64,000 bases of DNA from Heterodontus francisci (Eukaryota). A program made the position numbers and the translations under genes. The stretch covers positions 11,092,014 to 11,156,013 of the forward strand of contig NC_090406.1 in the NCBI RefSeq assembly GCF_036365525.1, in the 5' to 3' direction. Every line of letters begins with the position of its first letter. Positions within the stretch are counted from its first letter, which is position 1. Below, piece after piece: positions 1 through 11,402 of this stretch. The notes under the pieces were generated by a model that made no database searches, was not told where the DNA came from, and worked only from the letters and a program-made list of their open reading frames with translations.

Positions 1-66
1 TCTCTGGAGTGAGGCTTCAACCTTCTCAATTAGAGTTAACAGTATTTCTAGTGAGCCAAAAATGTA

Positions 67-458
67 AGACTTGCATTTATATAACAACTTTCATGACCTC
101 AGGGTGTCCCAAAGTGCCTTACAGCCAATGAAATACTTTTGAAGTGTAGTCACTGTTACAATGTCGGAAATGCAGCAGCAAAATTCATACACAGCAAGAT
201 CCCACAAGCAGCAATGAGATAATGACTAGATAATCTGTTTTTTGCAATGTTGGTTAAAGGAAAAATATTGTCCAGGACACTGGAAAACTTCTGCTCTTCT
301 TTGAAATAGTGCAATGGAATCTTTTACGTCCTGAGAAGGTAGACATTTTTTTTAACATCATCCAAAAGACAGCGCCTCCGATAGTGCAACACTCCCTAAA
401 TACAGGACTGAAGTGTCAGCCTGGATAATGTGCTCAAGCTTCTGGAGTGGGTCTGAGC
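67..458 (-). mobile_element. DeuSINE (SacSINE1-like), decayed
   Basis: Reverse complement of the family body seen intact at 17525 and 31969 (GACTTGCATTTATATA tail, CAGCAAGATCCCACA, GTGTCAGCCTGGAT..GTGCTCAAG). A further head fragment lies at 1-57. Confidence 0.8.
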
Positions 459-535
459 CAGGGCTAAATTACTTTTTTAATAGTTTGTTTGGCATAGCTA
501 GAAACATCCATGCTTCAAAATGGGTAAGTTATGGG

Positions 536-1045
536 TTCATTGGGAAAGATTAAAGAGGTTGGGATTTTTTCCTTTGGAAAGGAGAAGACAAAGAGGAGAC
601 CTGATAGAGGTCTTGAAAATTATGCATAGGTTGGGCAGGGTAGATGTGGAGAGAATGGGCCTGCTTTTAACTCTGTGAAAGGGGGTGGGTTTTGATTGAA
701 TTAAAATCTCGCCTAACTTTTCCACTTGTGGGAGAAACTAAAAGCCATGAATACAAGATAGTTACTAATAAATCTAGTAGGGAAATAAAGAGAAATTTCT
801 TTACTCAGCGAGTGGTTAAAATCTGGAACTCATTACCATAAGAAGTGGTTGAGGCAAGTTGGCTTAGATGCATTCAAAAGGAAACCAGACAAGTACATGA
901 GAAAAAAGGGAATAAAAAGAAATGCGTAAAGGCTGAGATGAGGCAGATGGAAAGGGAGGAGACTCATGTGGTGTGTAAACACCAATACAGATTTGTTGGG
1001 CTGAATGGCCTGTTTCTGTGCTGTATATTCTGTGCAATTCTATGT
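536..1045 (+). mobile_element. CR1 LINE 3' fragments
   Basis: Decayed ERLxxLGxFxLExRR-RGDLIEVxKI and FFTQRVV coding remnants, ending in a GGGCTGAATGGCCTGTTTCTGTGCTG 3' UTR. Confidence 0.75.
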
Positions 1046-1049
1046 ATGC

Positions 1050-1405
1050 AAGTTGGGGTTAACCTAAGCTGCTGTTCCAGTGTGGTCCTGAAGGACTGCT
1101 GCATTGTCAGAGTTTCATATCTTTTGGATGAGAGGTTGAACTGAGGCCTTGTTCTGGTGGATGGTAGAGATTCTATAGTATTATTTGAAGACTAGGGAAT
1201 TCTGCTGCTATCCTTAATAACACTCTTCAAGCAGTAGCACTCAAAATAGATTGGCCAGATCATCTTTCGCTGTTTGTGGGATATGACTGTGCACCAAATG
1301 GCTGCATGTAGCTACATAACAGTCACTGCATCCCAAAAGTAGTTGATTGCTCGTGAAGCACCTGGACATATTTTTCTCCAGAGGCGCTATGTAAATGCAA
1401 GTCTT
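1050..1405 (+). mobile_element. DeuSINE, highly decayed
   Basis: GCTGTTTGTGGGAT...AAATGGCTGC core and GGCGCTATGTAAATGCAAGTC tail. Confidence 0.65.
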
Positions 1406-2094
1406 TGTAAACTTTGTTTTCTTTACAAACTTTCTTGACTCATAACATTTTTTATTGTTCAATTAAATCTGACTGATGTCAACAATCTGTGAGCAGAGCA
1501 ACATGTTCACCACCAACATGTACTTATGATAAACAAATTAGGAATTGCTAATGCATCATTTCTAATAAATTTTAGCCATGCCATAATAAACTGCATTATT
1601 TCAATTACTCACAGGAAGTCCCTAGTGTCCTCAGAATGTTCCTGGATGTGATTCCAAAGCTTATGGTAAACAGCTGAGAAGCAGGATAAGCTGGTCAATG
1701 TTTATGAGCATTCTGTACTTGAGGAGTACAGCTGGATGGAGAGTGAACTCTTTGTCACCGTGAACAGTGTGGTATTGAGGAGATGATATTTTTGACGTTC
1801 GATGTGATGAGGAATTCAAACCCAGCTCGGCGACTCACACACCTGTATCCAGTCATGCACACAGCTCCCTTCTGAGCAAGCCTGTTATACAGTTCCAGCC
1901 AGGCAGACACAAGGCAGCGCAAGCACAGTCCATTCTGGCTGGAACTGGAACTGCAGGAACCGGATCCTGTAGTGTGAACGCACACTTAGTGTTCGAAGGA
2001 TCCATGACAGATTCTTAACTCCAGTTTAATGTAATACCGCAGCCCCTTTATCTCAGTAAGATGGAATCACAGTGGCCTGTGGTTTTATGGATTA

Positions 2095-2493
2095 TACTCT
2101 TGGGCGTTTAGAAGATTGAAACATATAAGATTCTGAGGGGGCCTTGCAGGATAGATACTGAGAGGATGTTTCCCCTCGTGGGGATATCTAGAACTAGGGG
2201 GCACAGTTTCAGAATAAGGGCTCTCCCACTTAAGATGGAGTTGAGGAGGAATTTCTTCTCTCAGAGGTTCGTTAGTATTTGGAATTCTCTTCCCCAGAGA
2301 GCAGTGGAGGCTGGGTCATTAAATATATTCAAAGTTGAGTTAGACATATTTTTGAATAACAAGGGAGTCAAGGGGTTCAGCAGGAAAGTGGAGTTGAGGC
2401 CACAATCAGATCAGCCATGATCTTGTTGAATGGTGGAGCAGGCTCAAGAGGCTGAATGGCCTACTCCTGCTCCTATTTCTTATATTCTTATGT
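2095..2493 (+). mobile_element. CR1 LINE 3' end
   Basis: ORF 2166-2420 MFPLVG..TRGHSFRIR..RNFFSQR..WNSLPQRAVEA; 3' UTR GAATGGCCTACTCCTGCTCCTATTTCTTAT. Confidence 0.9.
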
Positions 2494-2762
2494 ACAGATT
2501 TTTTTTCTGAGACTGATAGAAACTGATTATGGAAGAAGCAAATTCTTGTTCATGGAAGGGAAGATTATTCAGCTCACCATACGTCACTATCGCCTGTCTC
2601 CTTTAAACCGTCTGTCAGAGTAGGTTCGCTACTCTCATCTACGTAGCATCGGAAACAGCACACTTACATAGCCACAAAATAATACTGTCACGTGGTACTG
2701 TATTGGCCTGGCACAGCTGGCCTGTGACATGGTGAAACTGTTGCTGTCCTGGCTGAGAGTAG

Positions 2763-2795
2763 TGAACTCGGGCAAAGGGCAGAGTTCAGAGTTCA
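2763..2795 (+). promoter_or_regulatory. Candidate nuclear-receptor element: four tandem DR1 half-sites
   Basis: TGAACT-CGGGCA-a-AGGGCA-g-AGTTCA-g-AGTTCA in unique sequence. Motif match only, no functional evidence. Confidence 0.45.
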
Positions 2796-3908
2796 GACCT
2801 GGGCCCTGCCTGGTTAGCACCACACCGGGTGGTGAAAAATTTTCTCTCGCCTTTCAATTTTTCAAAAGTCGGACCTTTCCACTCCCATCATTCTTCAATA
2901 GTTTTATTTTAATCAGTCACGGCAACCACTTAAAGGTCATTATTCTAATTTTCTTTGAGGGGGCAGGTAATTTAGCATGAAAGCAACAGAGGAGCATCCA
3001 TGTGAATTGAGCGTAAGGGTCACTAAAGACAGGAGTCCGCAGGGGCCGATTCTGTACATGTTCAAATGGCTGCCTGATTGCCCTGAATCAAATTGTGCCC
3101 AGAAATCTCAGCATCTTTAAAGTATTTTTTATATAGTAAACCCACTGGGGGAGGGCGGAGAGGACCACAGATGGGAGCAATTTGAATCGCTATACCGGAA
3201 AACGAGAAGAGAATTACAAATGGATTATAATTGAACTCTTGCTGGTTTATTGTAGTCACACCCCTCTGACTGAGGCACACTTTAATATCAGGCTTCCTTC
3301 CTCTCCCAGCCCTGCCTTGTCACAAAGGACTCCTGCTATCCAGATTCTCTTCAATACACAAACATTATTGCGCAAATGTTTCCTTCCCTAATAGATGTGC
3401 ATTCCTTTAAGGAAAACATGGAAGGAGAGTTGATAAATTATGAAGTCAATGAAGCAAGTTAATGTTTAAAACCCCGCTGTGGTAGCTGGCGTGTTCACAC
3501 TGGCCGCCTTGACCCACAGTACTTCAGCTTAAAGACGCTTTTAAACTTCCTGATGGTTTGAGCCCACCTGACCTGAATAATCGTCTCCAGGTCACATCTT
3601 CCGCTCCTCTGGGTCTAAGTGAATACTTGTCTCCATTCCCTCCACTCTGGAATCATGCAGCAACTGCAACCACATGATGAGGCTCTGCCCTGCTACCTAC
3701 CTTCAAAATCCTCACTGTGTATTCTGCTGCTCACCCCTTTAAATCATTCCCATCTTCCAGTCAGTTCTTCCTCGCTCCCTTGTGAAGCATCCTGAAATAT
3801 TCATCTACATGAGAGGCTCCATTTAATGCAAGCTGTTGTGATATAATGTCACTTTTCAATAACGTATTATTAAAAGCTCACCACACTGTCTCCACTCATT
3901 GCCCCATC

Positions 3909-4070
3909 CAATGTTCCCAGCGCAATTTTGTTGTCGTGCGTTGTCAGTTTTTTTAATGCGCAGTATCATTACATTTTTTTTTGCATGGTATTTAGCTCGG
4001 ATCAAGGCCTGTGTGGTACCCTCTAGGCTGATGTGCGGCCACGCATTGGCCCAACTTAGTGGCAACATTG
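3909..4070. mobile_element. Short hAT-type MITE
   Basis: Terminal inverted repeats (TIRs) CAATGTTCCC / GGCAACATTG; 8-bp TSD GCCCCATC (3901-3908) / GCCCAATC (4071-4078) with one mismatch. Confidence 0.65.
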
Positions 4071-4244
4071 GCCCAATCCATTCTTCCTGCATTAAACTGA
4101 TGAATTGAGCATTCATGAATTGCACCTTCTCGCATCCTCCGGGCATCCCAAAACATTTTGCAGCCAATGGATTACTTTTGAAAGGCAGTCAGTGTTACAT
4201 AGGCAAGTGCGGCCACAATTTGCATACAGCTAAGGCCCCATGGA

Positions 4245-5398
4245 TGTGTCAGTTGTAACTCAGTGGTAAGACTAATTCAGAAAGACGTGGGTTCAAGCCA
4301 CATTCCAGAGAGTTGAACACATAGGGGGGACTTTATGCTCTCCCCCGCGGGGCGATCTGGGAGAGCATAAAATTGGGTGCCCACCAGCATCCCACCTCCA
4401 CCAAAATTTAGTCCCAGGCGGCAAGGCCCTTAGCTGGGCAATTAAACCCCTGTTAAGGGGCTCATCCCATGCTGCCGCAATTAGGGGTGTAGCAGGTGGC
4501 CCTGTCACCGCATGGGAAGCACAGCATAAAAAACCATGTGGGTGGCTTCCCGGCTCCAAGGGGGGGGAGGAGTCCCTTGTTAAAGGGCACTTAGTGCTTG
4601 AGTGAGTGACCCGGCATCAGGAAGTGGGGGGGGCGGCGGTGGGTGCTAGTGCTTGCTGAGAGCCACCCAATGCCCTTGCTACTGAACATCCCCCTACACC
4701 CATCTCCCCCGCAACCCCCACTCTGTGAGATCTCTCCAGCTCTGACCTGCCTGAGGCCTGGGTCCAGCACCGCTCCTGGGCCTCTGGTAGCAGCCACCGC
4801 CTCTGCGACGGCACTGCTCTGTGACAGAGATGTTGGCCTCTGATTGGCCGAGAGTTCACCAAGGGCAGGACGTCCAACAATGGGGTCCTTGATCCTGTGG
4901 AAGGCCCACCGCTGTCCACTTTAACTGCCTGATTGGCACTGGATTCGGTGGGCCTTCCAGAGAAGAGACGAAGTGGGGATCTCAGCGTCGCTTTTGCTGG
5001 ACATCAAGACCTCCATTGCCAGCATAAAATCTGGCCATAATCTAATCTGGCATTCCCAGTGCAGTACTAAGGGAGTCCTGCACTGTCGGAAGTGCCGTAT
5101 TTCAGAAGAGATATTAAAGCTAATAAGATCCCATGGCACTTTTCCAAGGCGATCAGGGGAGTTCTTCCTGTGCCCTGGCCAATATTTATCCCTCAACCAA
5201 CACTTCCAAAAAAAGCTACATCTAATTTTCTCACTTCTTTCATTGCTGTTTTTGGAGCTTGCTGTGCACAAATTGGTTGGCGTGTTTCCCTCCGTTAAAA
5301 CAGCGACCACACTTCAAAAGTGCTTCTTTGGGTGGAAAGTACTTTGTGACATTCTGAGGTCATGAAAGGCGCTTTATAAATGCAAGTATTTCTTTCTT
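4245..5398 (+). mobile_element. DeuSINE interrupted by a MITE
   Basis: tRNA-like head at 4245-4323; the body resumes at 5037 (ATAATCTAA..CAGTGCAGTACTAAGGGAG) and runs to the TAAATGCAAG tail. Confidence 0.85.
4324..5036. mobile_element. PIF/Harbinger-type MITE
   Basis: GC-rich insert with ends GGGGGGACTTTATGCT / AGCATAAAATCTGGCC and a 3-bp TSD ATA that splits a SINE; similar to 42840-43539. Confidence 0.75.
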
Positions 5399-5476
5399 TA
5401 GCCTGGAAATAGTTGTTTGTGCTGTTACGGGATTGTTGAAAGGTGTTGCTGATCATCCTCTGTCCTCCATTTTAAT

Positions 5477-5705
5477 AACAACAACTTGCATTTATATAGC
5501 ACCTTTAATTTCCCAAGGTGCTTCAGAAGAGCAAAATTAAATCCCGAAAGGAGATTAAATGCATAAGGAAATATCAGGGCAGGTGATCAAAGAGGTAGGT
5601 ATTAAGGAGCCTCTTAGAGGTGAGAGAGAGAGGTTTAGGGAGGAAATTCTGGACCTAGGGGCTTAGGCAGCTGAAGACACGAACACCAATGATGAAGCAA
5701 TGGAA
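5477..5705 (-). mobile_element. L2 LINE 3' fragment
   Basis: ACAACAACTTGCATTTATATAGCACCTTTAA tail followed by the reverse complement of the 6480-6600 type sequence. Confidence 0.7.
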
Positions 5706-6294
5706 ATGAGAAATACTAAAATAATAGAGGTGGTATTTTAAAATGACAGACAGTGGAATATTGCAGGAACACGTGAAGGTTTGTGCAACAGGGGCATCAA
5801 TACTGTATTGTCTCTAACATTGCCAATAGTAATTTGTAAGCTATTATTTTATGATGCCACAACATGTGGAATACAGATACGAAAGGCATCAGCAAGGAAT
5901 GGATAATGAAAATCAACCCGCGAGAGCCGCTGAACCCATAACCACTGGTATGTGAATTGTTTAATTTTAATAAACCACCACTCCCTTAGTGTGTATTTAT
6001 TTAAGGTGGTTTCTGCATTACAATGTGTATAAATATTTTATTTCTTTTATCCCTTCATATTCTGAGTTAACATTCCAGTGCAAATGAATTAAGATGCCAT
6101 GTAGACATTTATTGCGAAGCAGTCTCCTGTGTTACCATTGGCATGAACAGCAGGAATCTAGATCTGTCAGCTTGGTATTTGCAGATTTTATAGTTATTTA
6201 TACATAACCATCTCTGCCAGTGTCTCTCTGGAAGCATAAACTAACCGTGATAAGCATAACCAACATTACAAATGTTAAATCTGGTAAGTGAAGA

Positions 6295-6708
6295 GAAACA
6301 TCTTGATTTTAAAATTCTCATCCTTGTTTTCAAATCCCTCCATGGCCTCGCCCCCTCCCTATCTCTGTATTCTCCTCCAGCCCTTCAACCCTCCGAAATA
6401 TCTGCGCTCCTCTAATTTTGGCCTGTTTTGCATCCCTGATTTTAATCGCTCCATCATTGGTGGCCGTGCCTTCAGTTGCCTCGGCCCCAAGCTCTGGAAT
6501 ATCCTCCCTACACCTCTCCATCTCTCCACCTAGCTTTCCTCCTTTAAGACACTCCTTAAAAATCTACCTCTCTGACCAAGCTTTTGGTCATCTGATCTAA
6601 TATCTCCTTTTGTGACTCTGTCATACTTCATTTTATAAGGCTCCTGTAAAGTGCCATGGAACGTTTTATTACATCAAAGGCGCTATATGAATATAAGTTG
6701 TTGTTGTA
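6295..6708 (+). mobile_element. L2 LINE 3' end
   Basis: FKILIL..YL..LLQP..LRSSN..GGRAFSCLGPKLWN motif; tail AAAGGCGCTATATGAATATAAG(TTG)n. Confidence 0.85.
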
Positions 6709-7264
6709 ACTTGATGTGGGAGTGCTCGGTTGAGGAACCTTTCTTTATAGAGGTACCAGCTTTTGCTCCAGTGCTATTACAATGCGAATTAGTTCACATT
6801 TCGAGGATGAAGCTCTTCGTTTAATGCTCTCCTGCGAACACTTGCTCGAAGCTGCAAACCATACTGCATATTACAAGACCCCACACTGTAACAAACTCTC
6901 TTACTGGAGAGCTTAGGTTCTAACAAGCGCTTTCTCCAATGCCAGCTTTTAAAATAGGCACTGTTCCTGAATATTATACTTTTGTTTCACTTCTACGTTT
7001 TGAATCTAAATCCAGGCCAAAATGATGGGCTGAAATCTCCGTCAGTTGTAAAAGGCACTGCTTAAAAATGATGATAGCAGGTAGTGAACACATACTCCCA
7101 TTGGTTGCTTTCATTCCGAGAAAACCAGTTCCAGGATAAATGGGGAATAACAATCGAGGGAAGTTCAACAACGCTGCTACTCTGGAGATTGGGAGACAGC
7201 AAGGCAGGAATCTTTAACCAAAACCTCTCACTTTTTGACAAAAATAGAGATGAACTACTTCTTC

Positions 7265-7620
7265 TTCTGGCTCATAGGTAAATGCACTGCCTGGGAATGC
7301 TGCTAAACAATCCAACCAGGAAGGTAGCATATTTGACTCTTGGTCTCTGCTCAAGCAATGCACCAGCTGAAATGCTAAAATTGTCTTCAATGACCAATGA
7401 TTAGAGAGGGAAAAGTCACCAGGGTTTGCTTTTCAATGATCCCTGCTGCAAAAGAGGGATCCAAGTGACCAGTGAAAATGAGACCAGGATCTGCAGTGAT
7501 GCCCTCCACAGTCAAATGGCCTAGCAGCATCCACTGCCTAGGTTTATGCATGGAGAATCACTCGGTTGAGGTACTAAATAACTGCTGATGCTGTAGATTA
7601 TCACAGTACTGAGTTTGTGA
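7265..7620 (+). mobile_element. Old tRNA-headed SINE-like repeat, family not named
   Basis: TGGCTCA..GGTAAATGCACTG head and GAGGGAAAA..CCAGGGTT..GTGATGCCCTCCAC..GAATCACT body shared with about ten other loci (e.g. 22800, 36015, 42640, 54560, 63280). Confidence 0.55.
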
Positions 7621-7645
7621 ATGCATCATAACTTGATAGTTCTTC

Positions 7646-8020
7646 AGTGGCAGCAGTGTGTACCATCTACAAGATGCACTGCAGCAACTCACCAAGGCTC
7701 CTTAGACAGCACCTTCCAAACCCGCAGCCTCTACCACCTAGAAGGACAAGGGCAGCAGATGCAAGGGAACACCAACACCTGCAAGTTCCCCTCCAAGCCA
7801 CACACCATCCTGACTTGGAACTATATTTCCATTCCTTCACTGTCGCTGAGTCAAAATCCTGGAAATTCCTTCCTAACAGCACAGTTGGTGTACCTACACC
7901 CCAAGGACTGCAGCAGTTCAAGAAGACAGTTCACCACCACCTTCTCAAGGACAATTAGGGATGGGCAATAAATGCTGGCCTATCCAGCGATGCCCACATC
8001 CCATGAATGAATAAAAAAAA
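7646..8020 (+). mobile_element. CR1-group (Crack/Daphne-like) LINE 3' end
   Basis: ORF VAAVCTIYKMHCSNSPRLLRQHLPNP..SFTVA..KSW..LP..HHHLLK; tail ATAAATGCTGGCC..CCCACATCCCATGAATGAATAAAAAAAA. Confidence 0.8.
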
Positions 8021-8636
8021 CTGGAAGAAGTGATGTGGCTTTGAATGTTTACTACTGAGCAAACCCAGTGCCCTTCCCCCCTCTAAAGTGGACGTAACAG
8101 TCTGTCAGGACTTCAAGGTACACTGATTTGGAATGCATTGCCTGAAAGGGAGGTGGAAACAGATTCAATAGTAACTTTCAAAAAAGAATTGGATAAATAC
8201 TTGAATAGGAAAGCATTACAAGGCTATCCGGGGGAGTGGGGCTAATTGGATAATGCCTTCTGCGCTGTAAGATTCTCTGGAAATAATTATAGAGGCTGTA
8301 TTATCTACAGAATGTGTGAAACGTCTTGGGATGTTTTACTATGTTGAAAGCTCTATGTAAAAGCAAGTTGACTCCCAAGAAAACAAGTGGAATGTGTGCG
8401 AGTGAATAGCTTTGCTAAGTTTGATCCCATCCTCTCTGACCCAAGTATGTAGATAACCGGTGTGCCACTCAGAATGGATGTAACAATACCATAACTACCC
8501 TTAAAGCCGCTTTACCAATATTTTGGGATGAGATCTGACATTTGAAGGGTTGTATTCCCATTCAGGGTAAAATTGTGCTCTTTAATACTTTGAGTATCAA
8601 TGCTAACCACATCCATTTAACAGAATTGTGTAGTTC

Positions 8637-9039
8637 CCTAGAGTTTAGAAGAATAAGAGGCAATCCCATTGAAACATATAAAATTCTTAAAGGGGCTTGA
8701 CGGGGCAGATGCTAGGAACATGTTTCCCCTGGCTGAGGAGTCTAGAACTAGGGGGCCACCATCTCAGGATAAGAGTTCGGCCATTTAGGGATCAGATGAG
8801 AAGAAATTCCTCACTCAAAGGGTTGTGAATCTTAGGAATTCTCTGTCCCGGAGAGCTGTGGATGCTCTGTCATTGAATATATTCAAGACAGTGATCGATA
8901 GATGGATAAGGGAATTAAGGGATATGGGGATAGCGCAGGAAGGTGTAGCTGAGGTAGAAGATCAGCCATGATTGGTACAGCAGGCTTGAAGGGCTGAGTG
9001 GCCTACTCTTGCTCCTATTTCTTATGTTTTATGTTCTTA
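8637..9039 (+). mobile_element. CR1 LINE 3' end
   Basis: LEFRRIRG..ETYKIL..MFPL..SRTRG remnants and a CCTACTCTTGCTCCTATTTCTTATG tail. Confidence 0.85.
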
Positions 9040-9464
9040 GGTTCCTTTCATCAGTGAGCATTTTGTTTAAAATGGCAGTCAAATGACTATCATAACATCA
9101 CATTAAATGTTCATACTCAATGTTCAATTTAGGATAAATAAAGGCACTGACAATGCCTGTTTTTCTTTGCTACAATTTGAGAAATGGGAATGTTGAACCT
9201 GCAGTAGGTACAGCATCAGCTAGAACTTGAGTCATGTTTTCAGCAGAGGCTGGGGGTGGGGAAAGCAACTTAACCATTCAGGTTATAGGAATTACTACTC
9301 TTTTTTTACGTGAAAATGTACAGTTCATGAAAGAAGACAAGAAAGGATTGATACAGAGAGACTGACAAAGAGAGTTTGGCTTGCCTAGTGGTTTTTGGTG
9401 TTAGACTAACAACCTGGAGATGGAAAGTTCAAATCCTGTTGTGAAATTGAATTAAATAAATCTG

Positions 9465-9975
9465 CTTCTTACGAATTAGGAGCAGGAGTAGGCCACTCGG
9501 TCCTTTGAGCCTGCTCCGCCATTCAACAAGATCATGGCTGATCTGATTGTTACCTCAACTTCACATTCCTGCCTACCCCCGATAACCTTTCACCCCCTTG
9601 CTTATCAAGAATCTATCTACCTCTACCCTAAAAATATTTAAAGACTCTGCTTCCACTGCCTTTTGAGGAAGAGAGTTCCAAAGACTCACAATCCTCTGAG
9701 AGAAAACATTTCTCTTCATCAATGCCTTAAATGGGTGACACCTTATTTTTAAACAGTGACCCCTAGTTCTAGGTTCTCCCACAAGGGGAAACATCCTTTC
9801 CACATCCATCCTGTCAAGACCCCTCAGGATCTTGTATGTTTCATTCAAGTCGCCTCTTACTCTTCTAAATTCCAGCAGATACAAGCCTAGCCTGTCGAAT
9901 CTTTCCTCATAAGACAACCCGCCCATTCCAGGTATTAGTCTAGTAAACCTTCTCTGAACTGCTTTCAATGCATTT
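9465..9975 (-). mobile_element. CR1 LINE, 5'-truncated
   Basis: ORF 9573-10004 ALKAVQRRFTRLIPGMGGLSYEER..RGDL..WNSLPQKAVEA. Confidence 0.9.
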
Positions 9976-10120
9976 TCTTGTTCTGAGTTTTGATGAAAGG
10001 TCATTGCCCCAAAATGTTAACTCTCTCTCTTTCTTCCCAGACGCTTCCTGTCTTGCTGAGCATTTCCAGCATTTTCTGTTTCTATTTCAGATTTCCAGCA
10101 TCCGTGGTACTTTGCTTTTG
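9976..10120 (+). mobile_element. Penelope-like terminal fragment with degenerate hammerhead
   Basis: GAGTTTTGATGAAAGGTC..AATGTTAACTC then TTGCTGAGCATTTCCAGCATTTTCTG..CAGATTTCCAGCATC; same family as 37153-37640. Confidence 0.75.
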
Positions 10121-10260
10121 AATAAATCTGGTAATCTGTGAACCAGAACCAGAAAGTTAATCACAAAGTCTGTTGATTATTTGTAAACTTGCTCAAGGAA
10201 GATAATCTAACATTCCGCCCCATCTAACATCTGGCCTACTTGTGCCTCCAGTCTCACACT

Positions 10261-11109
10261 GGGCTTTATTTTGTTCTCCTCCAGGCATGGGTTCCGTGAT
10301 GGGGGTTGGGGGGGTGGTGGGGTGGTGGTTGAGGGGGGGGGGGTGATGCCTGAAGATGGCTCTGGATGAGGCCCACCACAGACCTCGACACCGGGAGGGC
10401 ACAGCCCAATCCTCCTAGTGGCAGCGAGCCTCTGTGGCAGCTCCCCCGCCGCTGGGCAATGGAACCACAATTTAAATATTCAAATAAATAAATTTAAATA
10501 GACTTACCTGCGATCTTGAGGGCCCGCTGCAATCTTCAGCACAGCGGACAGCACTCCCGCACCTTCAGTTCCCCGTCCAGGGAAACAAGGTGCCACACTG
10601 GTGGGGAGGGGGGAGGAGGTGCATTTATCAGTGCGAGGGGGTGTTCAAATACACGTAATGGGTGTAGGGGATGGTGGGAAGGGTTGAACTGTAAACGTTG
10701 TGCATTTTGGGGGGGGGGGGCGGGGGTAAAGGTCAGATGTTAAAGGTAAGTGTTTTGTTGGGGAAGGGCAAATAGTTATTGTAATTGTTATTGGGGTGGT
10801 GGGAAAGGGGTGTTAGAAATGTATTTATTTAATTTTGGGGGGGTAGGACTTTAAACATTTAAATTGGGCGACATGGCAGGCTGTCCTTTAAAAATGGCGC
10901 CAGCACCTGCGCACAGGCAGCTGATGCCATTGCCTGGGACGGACAGCCTTCTCCCTCCATGAGATTATGGGGTTGGGGGCCGCCCTGGCTATTTAAATGA
11001 GCCACTGCGCTTAAGATGGCGGAGGCTCTTTGGCGTGTAGCCCACATGGGCAACCCGCCATGTTTTGAGCTCACCGCTGAGTTCATGACAGCCTCTTAAA
11101 ATCCAGCTC
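10261..11109. mobile_element. PIF/Harbinger-type MITE
   Basis: Ends GGGCTTTATTTT / AAAATCCAGCTC; TSD ACT (10258-10260, 11110-11112). Confidence 0.75.
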
Positions 11110-11164
11110 ACTATGTGGTTGATCCCTAATGCCGGTAATAAAGGCTGTGGTGCCACCATCCCAA

Positions 11165-11402
11165 GAGTAGAATGATGCAGTACAGAAGGAGGTTATTTGG
11201 CCCAGTCTGCCTGTGCCAAATCTTTGAAAGATACCCAATTAGTGCCATTCCTTTTCTTCATAGCCCTGCAAATTTTTCCTCTTCAAGTTTTAATCCAATT
11301 CCCTTTTTATAATAACTACTGAATCTGCTTCCACTGCCCTTTCAGGCAGTGCATTCCAGATCACAACATCTTGCTCAGAACAGAAAACATGTTTCCTCAT
11401 GT
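11165..11402 (-). mobile_element. CR1 3' fragment, continuing at 12565-12600
   Basis: GAATCTGCTTCCACTGCCCTTTCAGGCAGTGCATTCCAGATC..TTTCCTCATGT joins TGCCTCTTGATCCTTTTGCCAA on the far side of the LTR. Confidence 0.75.

Larger units (their letters stand above)
9378..11165 (+). mobile_element. tRNA-derived SINE (family of 16590) broken by two insertions
   Basis: Head GCCTAGTGGT..GTTCAAATCC..GAATTAAATAAATCTG at 9378-9464, continuing at 10121-10260 and 11110-11165. Confidence 0.6.

Noticed and set aside
1804-1875. C/D box snoRNA (GTGATGA..CTGA)
   Set aside because: No terminal stem and no guide I can match to rRNA or snRNA.
1755-2010. Minus-strand ORFs and donor-like sites (CAG|GTGTGT, GTGAGT) in unique sequence
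   Set aside because: Peptides are unrecognised and no clear acceptor is present; too weak to call.
2688-2706. ER stress element (CCAAT..CCACG)
   Set aside because: The spacer is 6 nt, whereas ERSE requires CCAAT-N9-CCACG.
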